The translations under genes were made by a program, and so were the position numbers. The notes beneath the pieces are model-generated. The model saw only the letters and a program-made list of their open reading frames with translations, did not search any database and was not told where the DNA came from. A stretch of 43,354 nt of DNA, filler included, from Jimgerdemannia flammicorona (lineage: Eukaryota), in assembly GCA_003990765.1 (NCBI GenBank). It is 2 parts of 2 records of this genome, joined end to end, with 100 filler letters (N's around TTAATTAATTAA, not from the genome) between each part and the next. Parts side by side here need not be neighbours in the genome. Positions count along the whole stretch, not along the records: positions 21,729 to 43,354 come from RBNJ01001419.1; 1 more part is not named here. One strand, written 5' to 3'. Positions 21,755 to 36,896 of this stretch are shown one piece after another; the stretch's first letter is position 1; every line of letters begins with the position of its first letter.

Positions 21755-24700
21755 TTATATTTTGAGATTCTCAGTAGATAAAAAGATTTTATTACTAATA
21801 ATACAAATAATATCATAGTATTTCTTATCAGTATACTTAGCTTAATATTGTTGAGTTTTCTGAAGATTTATAGTAGTAATTTTAAATAGTTTATATATCT
21901 TATCAATAAGGTTCTTAGTAATAAAAACTTATATTTGAAAAAGAGATTAGACTTGTAAAGATCTCAGAATCTTAACTATAAAGTAGCTAAAAAGAGAAAA
22001 GATTAGTAGATAATTGAACCATATTATTATATAAATTCTGTATAAGTCAGATAATGGTTTTAATTATCTTACTTATAAGAAATATATATAGTTTCTAAGT
22101 ATCTATTTAAGAGTTTTATTTATATGTTCAGTTTGTCTATCAGTTTGAGAGTAAAAGATAGTAAATATAGTAATTTAAGTTCCAAGAATCTTAAAAAGAG
22201 CTTATTAAAAGTAACTGATGAACTTGAGATTTTGATTATTAATAATAACTTATAATAGACTATAATAGTAGAAGATTAACTTGAAGAAGATTTTTATAAT
22301 TTTGAATATAGTAGAGTAACTTTATTCTTATATCAATCAATATTTGAGTTATATTTTATAAGCTAGGTTTTTCTAGAATCAGATTATAATCTCCTAAAGA
22401 TATAATCTCAAAGTCAACTTATTTCATAATTAACTCAAAAGAATATAATGTATTATCAGCTATAACTACTCTATTATTCTTAGATATAGGTTTGGTAAGA
22501 ATTTTGAGAGTTTCAATAAAATTCTGATTGATAAAGTTATTAGCTACTTTACTATTAATAAGTACTTAAACTTTTTTTCCTTTAACTAGACCTTTGAAAA
22601 TAAATATAGCTTAAGCTTAGTTCTTAGATAAATTTATTGTTTAATCTATACTTTTAAAGTCTTTCTGATCTCACTTAGTTAGAGAGTAGTTTTGAACTTA
22701 TCTATAGTAGTTTAGATCAATGATATCAGTACTAATATTTAAATAATAGTTGATACTGAGTTCTGATCTAACTGTAATTCTTATATAGTAGTCTTCTAAA
22801 TATTAAATTATAATTTCAGTAGATATTAGAGCTCTTCTTTTAATAGAAATGATCTGAGTAAAAGTTAAGTCTAATAACTTCTTCTGATTAATATTGAGAG
22901 ATCTAAGTCTTTAGATATAACTTCTTAATCTTAAGTTCTAGTTAACTAGTAGTAAAATTGATAGATATATCTTTAGACAATATAGTGACTAGTCTGACTG
23001 ATTCACTTGTCTTCTTAGAATATTTGGTTGCAATATATTCTATTTAATAATAAAAGAAGTATACTTTTAACTTCTTTAGATATTTATTTTCTTCTAAAAT
23101 AAGCTTAGTATTTTTCTTATTTATGAAATCTAAATCCATTAAGACTAGTTCTACTATTTTAAGCTAATTCTTATGATAGTTCTCAAAGTTATTCTTCTTA
23201 TAATATTCTGATTCAAAGTAGTAATTATAAATGATAATATCAAACCTATTAGTAATTCTTAAGAAAACTTAGTTCTTTTAACTCAATCTTAACTTATGTA
23301 TTTTCTTTCAAGTCTTAGATATAGTTGTCTATCTTTTTATCTTTTATAATATCAGAGAGTTCTAGAAGAATTAATAGAAATTATATTATAACATTATATA
23401 AACTTAAGTTACTTAATATTTACTAGTCAGTCTTTAATTAATTTAATAGTATTAGTAGACTTGAACTAATTATAAAGAGCTTCTTTGAATATTGCTCAAT
23501 TTTTTACTCTTATATCTCAATAGGTAAAAATACATAGTTATAATATAATTATACTATTAGATAACTATATTTTTTTGAAAAAATATAGTAGTAAATTAGA
23601 CTTATATATCTTCTTTTATTTTTGTAAGCTTGAAGTATTAGTTTAATTAGAAAATTTAGATATCAGTAGACAGTCTTTCTTAGTAACTATTAAAGATATC
23701 TAACTTAAGCTAATAGATATAATTATAGAGTGAGCTACTATAGTTATACTTATAAGGTTTAAATCTAATATACTATTATAATAATCATCTCTTTTAGATT
23801 GATTTGTATTTCTGAGTCTATATCTTTTATTATAAAAGAGTCTGAATAGTTAACTAGTTATTTGATATTCATTTTTAGTTTATATAACTAATTGTGACTA
23901 GTTTTAAATTTATATAAAATTTTTAATAAAGTAAAATATAGCTTTACTAATATTATTTATAATAGTTCTAATTTTTTAAGAGAAAGTAACTAAATCTGAA
24001 AGATTTTAGTAGATCTAAAGTAACTCAAAAAGATACTTATAGATTTAAGTAATCTTAAAGAATTTTTAAAAAAAATATTCTAAACTTTATTTGAGTAGAG
24101 AAAAAAGATATTTATATAAAATCTAAAGAAAGATTTTGAAAAATCTTAAAAATAAAAAGAAAAGCCAAAAAAAGTAGATTTTAGTAAAGATAATTAATAG
24201 AATTCTATAATATTTCAAAAGATTCTATAACTAGCTAAGATAAGATACTTAGTGTTGAAAAAAGATAAAAATATTCTAAAGAAGTCTTAGTACTAAGAAA
24301 AAATTTCTAAGTATTCAAAAAAGTATTAGAATATTGTAAAATATTTAAGAAAAGATAAGAAAAGACTAGAGAAAAGATATAAAATATAATATATATAATT
24401 AAGATATAATTAAGAGATTATTATAATATAATATAATTTAAATTTAATTTAATTCAAATTAATTAATATTAATATTATAAAGTAAAAAAATTAAACCAAT
24501 TAATATTATTATTAAACTTAAGAAAGATAATATATTATATAAAATTCTATATTTTATAATTTTTTTAAATATTATAATATTTATCATATTTATTAAATTA
24601 TATTTTTTTAATAATCTTATATGGTTATAAATATCTATAATAAAAAATATTTAATAACAAAGTAATACTTTAGTTTATAATACTTATACTATTTATTAAA

Positions 24701-24850
24701 AGCTTAAAGAGATTAGATTAAAAATAATTTAATTAATTTATTAAGTCTCTTAATATATATCTGATTAAATATCTATAGAGTTATATATTTTATTAATAGT
24801 ATATTAATAAACTTTAGTAAATATAAATAACAGAGCTACTTATTATTAAT
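21755..24850. mobile_element. Extremely AT-rich, terminally decayed repeat (probable retroelement gag/LTR remnant)
   Basis: No ORF of 60 aa or more in the track. CpG essentially absent, TpA abundant. Only faint gag-like translation on the minus strand. Confidence 0.4.
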
Positions 24851-25100
24851 CTAATATATAAGCTTGATAGTAGAACCACTCATTGTTAATCTATCTTTTT
24901 TTTTTTTTTGTCTTGTATATTGTCTAACTCGGAGAACTGAAAAGGAAAGTTTACACTGACCCATAGTAAACCACCGCCCCTTTATTGTAATTTCTGTGGA
25001 ACCTCACATGGGTGACTGTTTAACCAGTAACCGAAGTAATTATCACAACCCCATTACCTCTCTCCCCCAAAGTTTTCCACATCACCACTACGAGCAAAAC

Positions 25101-27142
<2,042 letters not shown>

Positions 27143-27339
27143 TAGAAAAGATGAAGGGTAGTTGTGAAAGTCCTTTTCGTCGTCAAGCTGTTTGAAGATT
27201 TCAAAAAAAAAGAAAAAAAAAATATGGTTGTGGACCTGGACTGGCATTTTATTTGAATATGTTGAAATCAACTTCATCAATCCCTCCAACCCTCCAATAT
27301 TCAATCGGAGATGTTAAGGATAGGGTCAATGACTCATAC

Positions 27340-27470
27340 TTGGGCGCGCGCTGGCAACAAAGCTTGAGCTTGAATGATAATTCGATCTGATAACATATGA
27401 TGACGTCACCAAGCAAAGCCTCTCATTCTACTTGCGCGTCATTATCGCGAACCACCATAACGCGAGGTCA
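27340..27470 (+). promoter_or_regulatory. Putative CHL1 promoter with CGCG-core motifs and a CRE palindrome
   Basis: gggcgcgcg (~27342), TGACGTCA (27401-27408), tgcgcgt, tcgcgaa and acgcga lie within 140 bp upstream of the ATG. Function is inferred only. Confidence 0.35.
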
Positions 27471-27477
27471 GCGAAGA

Positions 27478-30400
27478 ATGCAGTTGACCTATGAAAACCA
27501 GGAAGAGATATTGGAAGAGCCTTCGCTTTCAACCCCCACCGACTTTAAGGCTTTCCAGTTTCCGTACAGCCCCTACTCCATTCAACATGACTTCATGACC
27601 CACCTTTACGAGGCCATTGAGCAACGGAAGGTTGCCATTTTCGAGAGCCCAACGGGCACGGTAAATATGCAAAACCGTTCATGATAGCTTGGCATATTCC
27701 AACTTTGGCAAGGCGTCAACCTTCAATTGTTAACTTCACAGGGCAAATCACTCAGCTTGATCTGCGGCTCCCTCAAGTGGCTCCAGGACCATGTCCACCG
27801 TCACGACGAAGCCGCGTCAGACGCAAACGACACGACGGCAACGTCCACAGATGCTTCTGACGGTACGTTATCCATGTTTGATCAAGCCCTGACAGATTTC
27901 ATCCTCTCGCTCACCTAGTTTATCGCAAACGGTCTGCCAGAACCAGATTGGATTCTAGCCTACGACGCCGAGTTGAAACGCGCAGCCCAGAAGGACGCAC
28001 TCGCACTATATCGTGAAGAACTCGATGCGCGGATACGGCGCGTGCGCGAACGGGAGGAGAAAGAGCGACGAGGGACGGCGAAGCATTGGCGAAAGAAACA
28101 GGTGTGTTTCCTGACGCAGATAGAGAAAGTTCGCGGTATTGTTGAATTTTATATCCTCAACGTTCTTGTTGCAACGGATGCTTCTACCAGAAACTCTCCT
28201 CTTCAGACGACGCCGCCAACCCGACGATCACATCGCTCACCGACGACGACTCGGAGTTTGTGCTGGAGGAGTACCACAGTGAGGGCGAAGACGACGGTCG
28301 TGACGGTGAACCGAAAGTGACGATGCCGGACGACGCGGCAGATAATCTATCGAATGAGGTGAAGGAGCTAATGAAGCGGTGAGTAGCGGGATAGCATGCC
28401 TTTGTATATCTGCACGTATTTTACGATTAGCTTGTTAGGTAGGTGCGAGAGTATGAGTTTGGTGGAAAAGTCAGCAGATCGGCCGCTGTGTAAGATTTTC
28501 GCCCTCCCTGTCGCGGGTTAGATTCACCTTAGGATTCGATTTATGAGATTTCAGTTGCTGAGTTTCATAAGCTCGCGAGTGACCATGCATGCACATGTAA
28601 TACATTCTACTCCGGTCGTTGATTAACATGTATTTCCTCACATTGCACACAGGCTACAACAACAAGATCAGACGGCGAATATGTCTTCCGGCAGCGGATA
28701 TAGGCAATTACTCGATGACCGCGAAGAAGAGGAACTCGAGCCCGACGAGCCCAAGGTATGTGTGAACGGAATCGGTCGCCGATTCACGTTTCAAGCTCCA
28801 GGATCATCATTTTCAGCCCTGCCTGGAGATAAAGATATGTCCCCGGCGTTATTTGTTAAAATACCCCTCATTCTTACTCGAACCATTCTTCACGATCGAA
28901 AAACCGCTTTATCTCCACACATTGTACCACCCAGATTTACTACGCTTCTCGTACGCACTCGCAACTCACGCAGTTCATTCACGAGATCTGCAAGACCGCC
29001 TACGCGGATGACCTGCGCGCCGTGCCGCTCGGGTCACGCAAAAATCTGTGCATTAATAAGGAGGTGCGAAAGCTCGGAGGCGTGCAGAGGATGAACGAGC
29101 GATGTTTGGAAATGCAAAAGGCTGGTGGGTGTTGGGAGATTGGGTTGAAGGGCAGTAGTGTGTGTCTAAATGGATGAGTTTGTGGTAAGTCTACAGGTCG
29201 TGAAACCCCAGTTTGTGGGGACACGATTTTTATTTTGAAGATAGAATCTGATTTCCTCAGCTTTTTACATCAGGTACTAAACCCGAACACCGATGTCCGC
29301 ATTTACCGACCAAAGACAAATCTCGTATACTCGATTTTCGGGATCACACATTGGTATGAAAGGCAGTATTCTTTATTTGTACTTGTTTCAGAAGGAAGAA
29401 GTTAAGCCTTTTAAACCGATGGTGCTGAATCCACGACGCGCTCTAATAGGCTCACGTTCGCGATATCGAGGATCTCGTTGAAATCGGTCAGAGTTTGAAC
29501 GCCTGTCCTTACTATGGCACTCGACGGAGCATCAGACCCGCGCAGGCAAGCTTCGTTGAATTTATACGTAAATGATACCAAACCCTTCCACATTCTTTTC
29601 GTGTAATAAATCTTATTCATCTATCTGTCGTTGCTTCAACAGATCGTCACCCTCCCCTACCAACTCCTTCTTCACCCATCTTCCCGCTCCTCTCTCGGTA
29701 TCTCCCTCCGCAACCACGTCATCATCATTGACGAGGCTCACAACCTCATCGACACTATCACCGCCATCCACACTTGCCTCCTTCCGCTCGCGCAGATTTC
29801 CCTTGCGCAAAACCAGCTCAGCATGTACCTCTCCAAATACAAGTCGAGGCTGAAGGGCAGAAATGTGGTGTATGTTAGGCAGATACTGGGCATTCTGAGG
29901 GGGTTGGAGATGGTTGTGAGGAAATGGGTAGAGGGGAAGGGAAAAGGCGAGAAGGAGGCGATGGTGTCGGCGAATCAATTTGTGCATGAGGCCGGGATTG
30001 ATCATTTGAACCTTTTCAAGATCGAGAAGTACTTGAGAAAAAGTCAAGTCGCGCGGAAGGTTGGTACTATTTGCTGGAATCTCTAGGTCCATCTCAGAAA
30101 GAATTGTAGTCGAGTGACCGTGACTTCATTTGTTACGAATTTTTATTTTGTCTTGCTTCGTCTCGGTCATCGCCAGTTGAATGGTTTTGTAGGAAAGATA
30201 CAAGAACAGGAAGCACAACAACAGCAATCAAAAACGTTTGGTGGAACGGCCGGTAAGAAGTACTTGGGATAAATTTCAGCACTCCATCTCTTAGGCTCTG
30301 ATCGATATACCCATTAATAGCCGCTTAGGAAAAATGCCATCTTCCATATTTACTTCGAGTTAGCCGCATCCTTCTCCACCGTTCCATCCCTCTCGCAAGT

Positions 30401-32177
30401 CGAGACCTTTCTCATGGCCCTCACACACGCCGATAAAGATGGCCGCGTGGTCATGGGCGTAGGCGATAGTCCGGCTGAAGAGCTATACGTGAAATATATG
30501 CTTTTGAACCCCGCCAACGCATTCCGCGATGTCGTGGAGGAGGCTAGGAGCGTGGTGCTAGCGGGAGGGACAATGGAGCCGGTGAATATATGTTTTGTTG
30601 CGATCGACGATTATCCGTGTCAAGAATTCTCTTTACGATATAAAAGCAGAAGGCGCTAATGTAATCTAAACTTGGTCGCATTCATTCTTTTCTGATTCTC
30701 CTCCATATTTCTTTTCGAAGATTGCCGACTATCTACACCATCTTTTCCCCTATCTCCCACCCGACCGTCTCTCTCGCTTTTCGTGCGGCCACGTCATTCC
30801 CCAGGAGAATCTTATCACACTGGCCGTCGCTGAAGGACCGTCGAGCATGCCTCTCGAGTTCACTTTTGAGAAGAGAAGCGATGCAAAATTGGTACGCGGA
30901 GAATGCTGCTTTGGGGCAAAGCGAGCCCTCTATTTAAGTTCATATGTCCAAGTGACGTTTGTTGAGCTTACAATTTGAGGTCCTAATGCTCTCCCGATTA
31001 TCATATCACTCTCTAGATAGACGAGCTGGGTCAGATTGTCGTCAACCTTTGCAACCTAATCCCAGACGGCGTCGTTTGCTTCTTTGCGAGTTACGCGTAT
31101 CTCGAGCAGGTCACTCGGCGGTGGGAAGGTTCGGGCGGGGTGTTGGAGCGAATCGGGAAGAGGAAAAAGGTTGGTGGATTCATTATGTGGTTTTGTCAAA
31201 TTTACAGACAATTGTGCCCAGGGGATCTTGGTGGCGGTGGCAAATGACTAAACAATCGAGTGTGGTGACCTGCATGTAGGTCTTCCGGGAACCGCGGCAA
31301 GCAAATGAAGTCGAGCAGACGTTGCGAGATTATGCGCTGTGCATAGATTCCTCTGAGGTTGGTTGATACTCAGCGTCCCTGTGCTCATTTAGCTGCACGT
31401 CGTCTTCCCATTACCAAACTCCTACGAGCTCCAGAACTAATTATCCAACAGACTGGCTCGCCATTAAACGGGGCCCTACTACTTTGTGTAGTGGGCGGAA
31501 AGATGTCGGAAGGGATCAATTTCTCGGATAGATTAGGAAGGTTTGGAACGGAGCTCTTTCACCATCATATGACGACCACTGCCATTCATTTTGGTTTACT
31601 CATAATATATTTCGGTTACCTGACATTTGTTCCGTTTCACGGTTCTCTCCCGTTACGCAGAGGAGTCATCATGGTCGGCCTCCCGTTTGCAAATCTTGGT
31701 TCTGCTGAATTGACGGAGAAGATGCGGTATATCCAGGAGCGACCTGGGGCTACGCCCGACGCTGCGAAGGATTATTACGAAAATTTATGTATGCGCGCAG
31801 TGAACCAGTCCATTGGTAAGGACGGCACTGATTTTTCTCGCTTTTCTCTATATCAATATTTATTTATTGAACCCTTTGATTCATCGATCTTGTTAATTTA
31901 AACATATTTTACTTCATATATCGACCCAATGCACTCCATATTAACGTAAAACTCTCTCGCAGGCCGAGCTATCCGGCACAGGAATGATTACGCAACAATC
32001 ATTCTACTTGACCGTCGATTCTGCACTCCGCGCATCCGAAGCAAGCTTCCAGGGTGGATAGGTGAGCGGACGGAGGAGTGCGCTAAGTTTGGGAAGACTG
32101 TCGGTAAGGTTGCAGCGTTCTTTCGAAAATGGAAAACACTAGAGGGTAGAGGTGCGGCGGAGGGTGTTGGGTCATAA
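27478..32177 (+). CDS. CHL1: CHL1/DDX11 Fe-S cluster DEAH DNA helicase (XPD/FANCJ family), many introns
   Basis: FPYSPYSIQ (Q motif); ESPTGT|GKS; EPDW; EEYHSE (EYE-like); [10 protein letters not shown]; Fe-S Cys in [17 protein letters not shown] and [59 protein letters not shown]; stop TAA at 32175-32177. Confidence 0.96.
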
Positions 32178-33313
32178 GCATATGAGTGTTTGGGTCTTAG
32201 AGGAAGATGTCTGTTATCGGCGATCGTGAACGAATAAAGACACAAATCACTTGGTGCGTACTAGATGGCATTCCGCCAACCAGTTAGTCATTTGCGAGAT
32301 GCATGGATGGATTATTGCCTCGCATTCCGCCGTGGAGCTACAAACATAACGCAACAAACCTGGTATCCCGGTTCGGTTTTCCATCCCAATCGCCCGGTTT
32401 ACGTAAATTAAACGGATTTTCGAATGTCTGTTTGTCCGACGAATCAGGATTTTACGATATATTCCGCGTACATTTTTCTTACGGCTTGAAGCTACAAATC
32501 GAAACCGAGCATCAATGGTAACGACAGTTACGAAAAGTCACTGTCAACGAACGGAAACACAATACCTGGTATGACCCTCTTTACATCTCGGTCCAGAACG
32601 ACCATAGTTATTAACTTTAGTCAGACCATGAACCTTCAATTGCTTGGCGCATTGATGGTCGTTGAAACAATACTGCTCGGGTGGTGGTAGCAGATAGATT
32701 TTGTCATGATTTACCACCAGGATGTGTCAGTCACGGTCGTGAGCATATTTAATACGTGCACCTATACATTTTGTGGGTGACAGAGCAAAACACACCCTTT
32801 CGCAACTTAAAGATACAAGGTCCTCCCCACTGTATTGATCATCATGATGAAAAAAATTTGGACAACTCACCTGGTGCAATCTTCATTGGGGCCATCTGAC
32901 CACATCTATAATATCTCACTCTGTATCTGAATTGAGGACATCTCCTATCTACATTCATAACTGATAGTTATCTATATTAGAACCAATATTAATATAAATT
33001 TAGAATTAAAAATATTACTGAAAATCAATCTCATGCAAGAATATACATCTCTTTGATATAATTATTTACTGTCTTTTTTGAATCAGATTTCTTATTATTA
33101 TAATATAGCAGATACTTAATCTGAGAAGTATGTATAGTAGATTTCTTTATCTTGTTCTTTTGATCTTGACTTCTCAGAGTTCTTAATAGAGGTGAGATTG
33201 AAGTATATATATCTGTTTGTAGGCTTACTAATTCTTTACTTTTGAACTATTTCAATCTGAGAATTATTTATTCTAGATACTGGAGATATTTATATAAGTT
33301 TGCTAGTATCACA

Positions 33314-35380
33314 CAGTGGGCACTAAGTTCTCCAAGTATGTCAGATTCTCTTCAAGGTGTATGTATCTCTTAAACTAACTATAAGTTTCTTATAAGTAAG
33401 TTCTATTAGAGTGTCTTCTCAATAGTACTCAGAACAAATTAAATCAAATTGAATTTGAACCAGATTCAATTTGAGTCAAATTAAATTGAGGGCCAATTTG
33501 ATTTAAACCAATTTGAATTAGAGTCTAATATATATACATATACTCTCTCTCAAAATAATCATGTCAGATATACCTTTTATACTCTTTATGGAGAATATTA
33601 TGACAATAGTCTCAGTATCAGATATAGCTTCAATAAGTCTAATCTCATCTAAGAAAGGAAAAGAAAAAGTACAAAAATAATCTGGTATTTAAAAGGAGTT
33701 TACAAAAGAGCATAAGAAAAATAGAGATATCAGAATTAAATGTAATTATTGTAAAATATCATATATATAAGGCTATTGGTAGCTCAATAACAAATTTGTA
33801 GGTATATTTTGACAAATTTCATAAGAGTTGTCAAACAGGAGTAATAGAGTCATTTTTTTTTTTTGAAAGTATAGTTTTTATATAACTTGTCTGCTTTTTT
33901 TTCTTTTCTTATTATTAATTCATTACTACTTAATAATTCTCTAAATAGCCAAGATTCTCTGTAAAGTTATTTTAAGACAAACTTGTTTACTGGATTATCC
34001 ATAATAGCTAGCCTTTTACAGTTATTGAGAATTTAGAGCTGAAAGATCTTTTTTATCTTCTAAAACCAAATATTACTATTCCTTCTGCTGGAACTATACA
34101 AAGTGAAATTAGACTGGCCTTTTAATGAAAATATAATACTATCAAAATTACACTATATATAGGTAATATTTAATATTTTAATATTAAATATATATGAATT
34201 TGAATATTTTAAAGTTAAATGGCTTTGAATTAACCTTATTTTGATTTATTTATCTAGAAATAGAATATATCTAGTCAAATATTCTTCACTATTAATATAT
34301 AGATATTACTCAATATGCATGCATTTCTTAAAATTAATATATACTAGATTTGTTAAAATTAGCAACTTAACTATATGTTGATTGATTTTATCAAACTATC
34401 AGAATCTCATTTGGGTGAAAATCTTGCTTGTACCTTTGTGAACTATATTCAAGATTTTGGCATATAGATAAAGGTATATAGAGAATAAGCCTTTCAAAAA
34501 GATCATATTTTAAAAAGGTTAGATTTTCAAAAAAGGTTGGATTTTTAAAAAAGGTTGGGTTTTCAAAAAAGGTCAGGTTTTCAAAAAAGATTTGGTTTTC
34601 AAAAAAGATTAGGTTTCAAAAAAGATTGGATTTTCAAAAAAGATTGGGTTTTCAAAAAAGATCATCTTACATTCAAATTATTGATTTTCTACTTTAGATA
34701 TTAGCTATAACAATAGAGAATATATCCAACAATACTATATTTTTTCAAATAATCAGAACAGAGTTTGATCATACTAGCCTCAACTATTAGCCAATATAAT
34801 ATATATACTATCTAACTTATATCATTAATTTGACTGTTCAGGACTTTTTAGTTTATTTAAAAGCTAATGATGAATGTAAGTGAGGATGGTTCTAGAGAAA
34901 TAATTTCAAAGCTTTAATTAATTATTATCAAGATGTGGTCATTACTATAATATCAAGAGAGATTTACTATACAATATAAAGCTTTTGGAGTCTGCAATTC
35001 AAAAGAATTTATTTTGGATATTAAAACTCAATAGAATTCAACATATTTGATAGTTGAATAGACTTTAGAATTATCAGAGGTAAGCTGATTATATTATATT
35101 TAATTTTTTTATTTTTCAGTTTTTTCTTCAAATAATCTAATAAATTAATTTATTAATAGTGATTAACCTTAACAGTAATAGCTGATAAAGATTTATAAAA
35201 ATATGCTATAGAAGACTATACTTGGCAGATACTAAAAGACATTATTAGTATGCTAAAGTACTTTAAACAAGCAATAGATCTTGTAGCTCAGTATAAATAT
35301 TTAATGATTTATTCTATTATTTCTATTTATAACTTTTTAATGGATATGTTGGAGAATAATGATCAAGAAATTCGAAAATG
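33314..35380 (+). mobile_element. Degenerate intron-containing hAT transposon (hAT-2), 3'-truncated
   Basis: Begins CAGTGGG; subterminal ttgaa/tcaaa repeats 33430-33530; BED finger KCNYCK..GSSITNL..KFH; LIDFIKLSESHLGENLA; ILAITIEN; IINLTVQDFL; ILDIKTQ*NST; ISIYNFLMDMLE. Confidence 0.82.
34493..34663. repeat. 18-bp minisatellite (~9 copies, TTTTCAAAAAAGRTTGGR) in an intron of hAT-2
   Basis: Read directly; lies between GT at 34474 and AG at 34697. Confidence 0.9.
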
Positions 35381-36896
35381 TATAGAAGAGCTGAATATTA
35401 TTCACCTTTTGGTCACTTCTTCTATTATCATATTCTGTGGTATAGTGTCTGAATTATCTATAATAGAAGTATTAGACTTGGGCTCTATCTTGGGCAGGAT
35501 ATTTTCTTTCTTCTTACTGATGGTTTCTGTTATCTCTTAGTGGATAACCTTGATTCCTCTGTGATGAGTATCCTCTGTTGTCTTGATAGCTCTGATTTTT
35601 ATATGTAGTAAGTTTTTCAATCTATCCAATCAATTGGTCTAACTTGGAACTAAGGTCTTGAATTTTACTCTTATTCTTCTTTCTTTTTTTAACTGGTCTT
35701 CTTTCTTTAGATCTTTCTTATCCTTGAAGGAGTCCTTGTAGGGCCTTGACCAGGATGTCTTCTTTGTTATCTTTCTTATCATAATCACTCCAGATAGTTC
35801 CTTATCTGATATTAAAGAATCCTTAGACTGTATCTACTTACTCTTTAGACCTTCTGATGTCTATAGTACAGATATGCTAGGCAATGTTTGGGGGAATTTT
35901 ATTCATGAAGGTCATTGGACCTATGATGTCTTGGTTGATAGCATTGAACCCAGCTATATGTATTCTCTTCTAGATTCTTATAAAGAAGGCTCTGGGTAAT
36001 TCTCTAAGATTCATCTTCATTCCCATGATGGATTCTTAAGTCTTATAGTGGGTTTCATTTTCTGCATATTTTTCAATAAGCCAGTGGACTATGGCTATGT
36101 ATTCTAGCTCATAAGATACTATTGCTTATATTTGTGCTACTAGTTCTGAGTATAGATTATTTACTATTTGGTGAAAAATTCCTCTGGCTGGTTCTCTGAG
36201 CTAGGTCTATAGATGGTAATTTTCCTTTCATCTAAGAGATTCCTCAGAGCTATAATTCCCTCAATTCTATCAAGGAATTCTCTAGGATCTTTCTTTGGAT
36301 ATCTTGCAAAGATTAGCAATAAGGTGACCATTTCATCATCACTTTCTTCTGATTCTGGTTCTGGTCCAGATTCTGATTCAGATTCTGCTCTGATTCACTT
36401 TCTGAACTATTACTAGAGATGGAGGTGCTTGGGTATCTTGAGGATGGTGTTCTGGACCTTGGATAAAGTAGAATGAGTCTAGATATTCTTAACGGAGCTA
36501 CTTTCAATTCTGTAAGAACTGATGGTAAAGATTCAATAAATGAGACTAGAGAGACCTCTCTAGGATGTCTGGCTGCTAGATGCCAGGCTTGTATAATAAG
36601 ATCTTCTAGTTCTTGTACAAGTTCTTCAAATTGTCCAACAGGGCTACCTGAATTGTCTGGTTCTGATTGAAGATTTTGGGCTATACTGGCTTCTGGTTCT
36701 GATTGGGATCCTTTTAATATTACATAGTTAGTAAGTCTTGAAGTAATTACTTCTCTTCTTGTCCAAATATTAGTGATAACTAGTTCTCTTGTAGTAGTAG
36801 AAATTGGTGTTATATCAAATATATTCAGTTTGACTATGGGTTCTTGTGAGTTAAAAAGTCATGTTAATTTGAAATCTTCTCAGTTGAGTCTTCAAA
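35381..36896 (-). pseudogene. Leader plus decayed gag of a Ty3/gypsy element related to the one at 8229-21250
   Basis: Follows the LTR on the minus strand. Decayed PBS-like tttgaagactcaactgag abuts the LTR. FARYPKKDPREFLDRIEGI is gag-like. Confidence 0.6.

Noticed and set aside
24996..25100. N-terminal extension of GDP-fucose synthase
   Set aside because: The ORF-track start is GTG. Family homology begins at ATG 25101, which has a good aaaacATG context.
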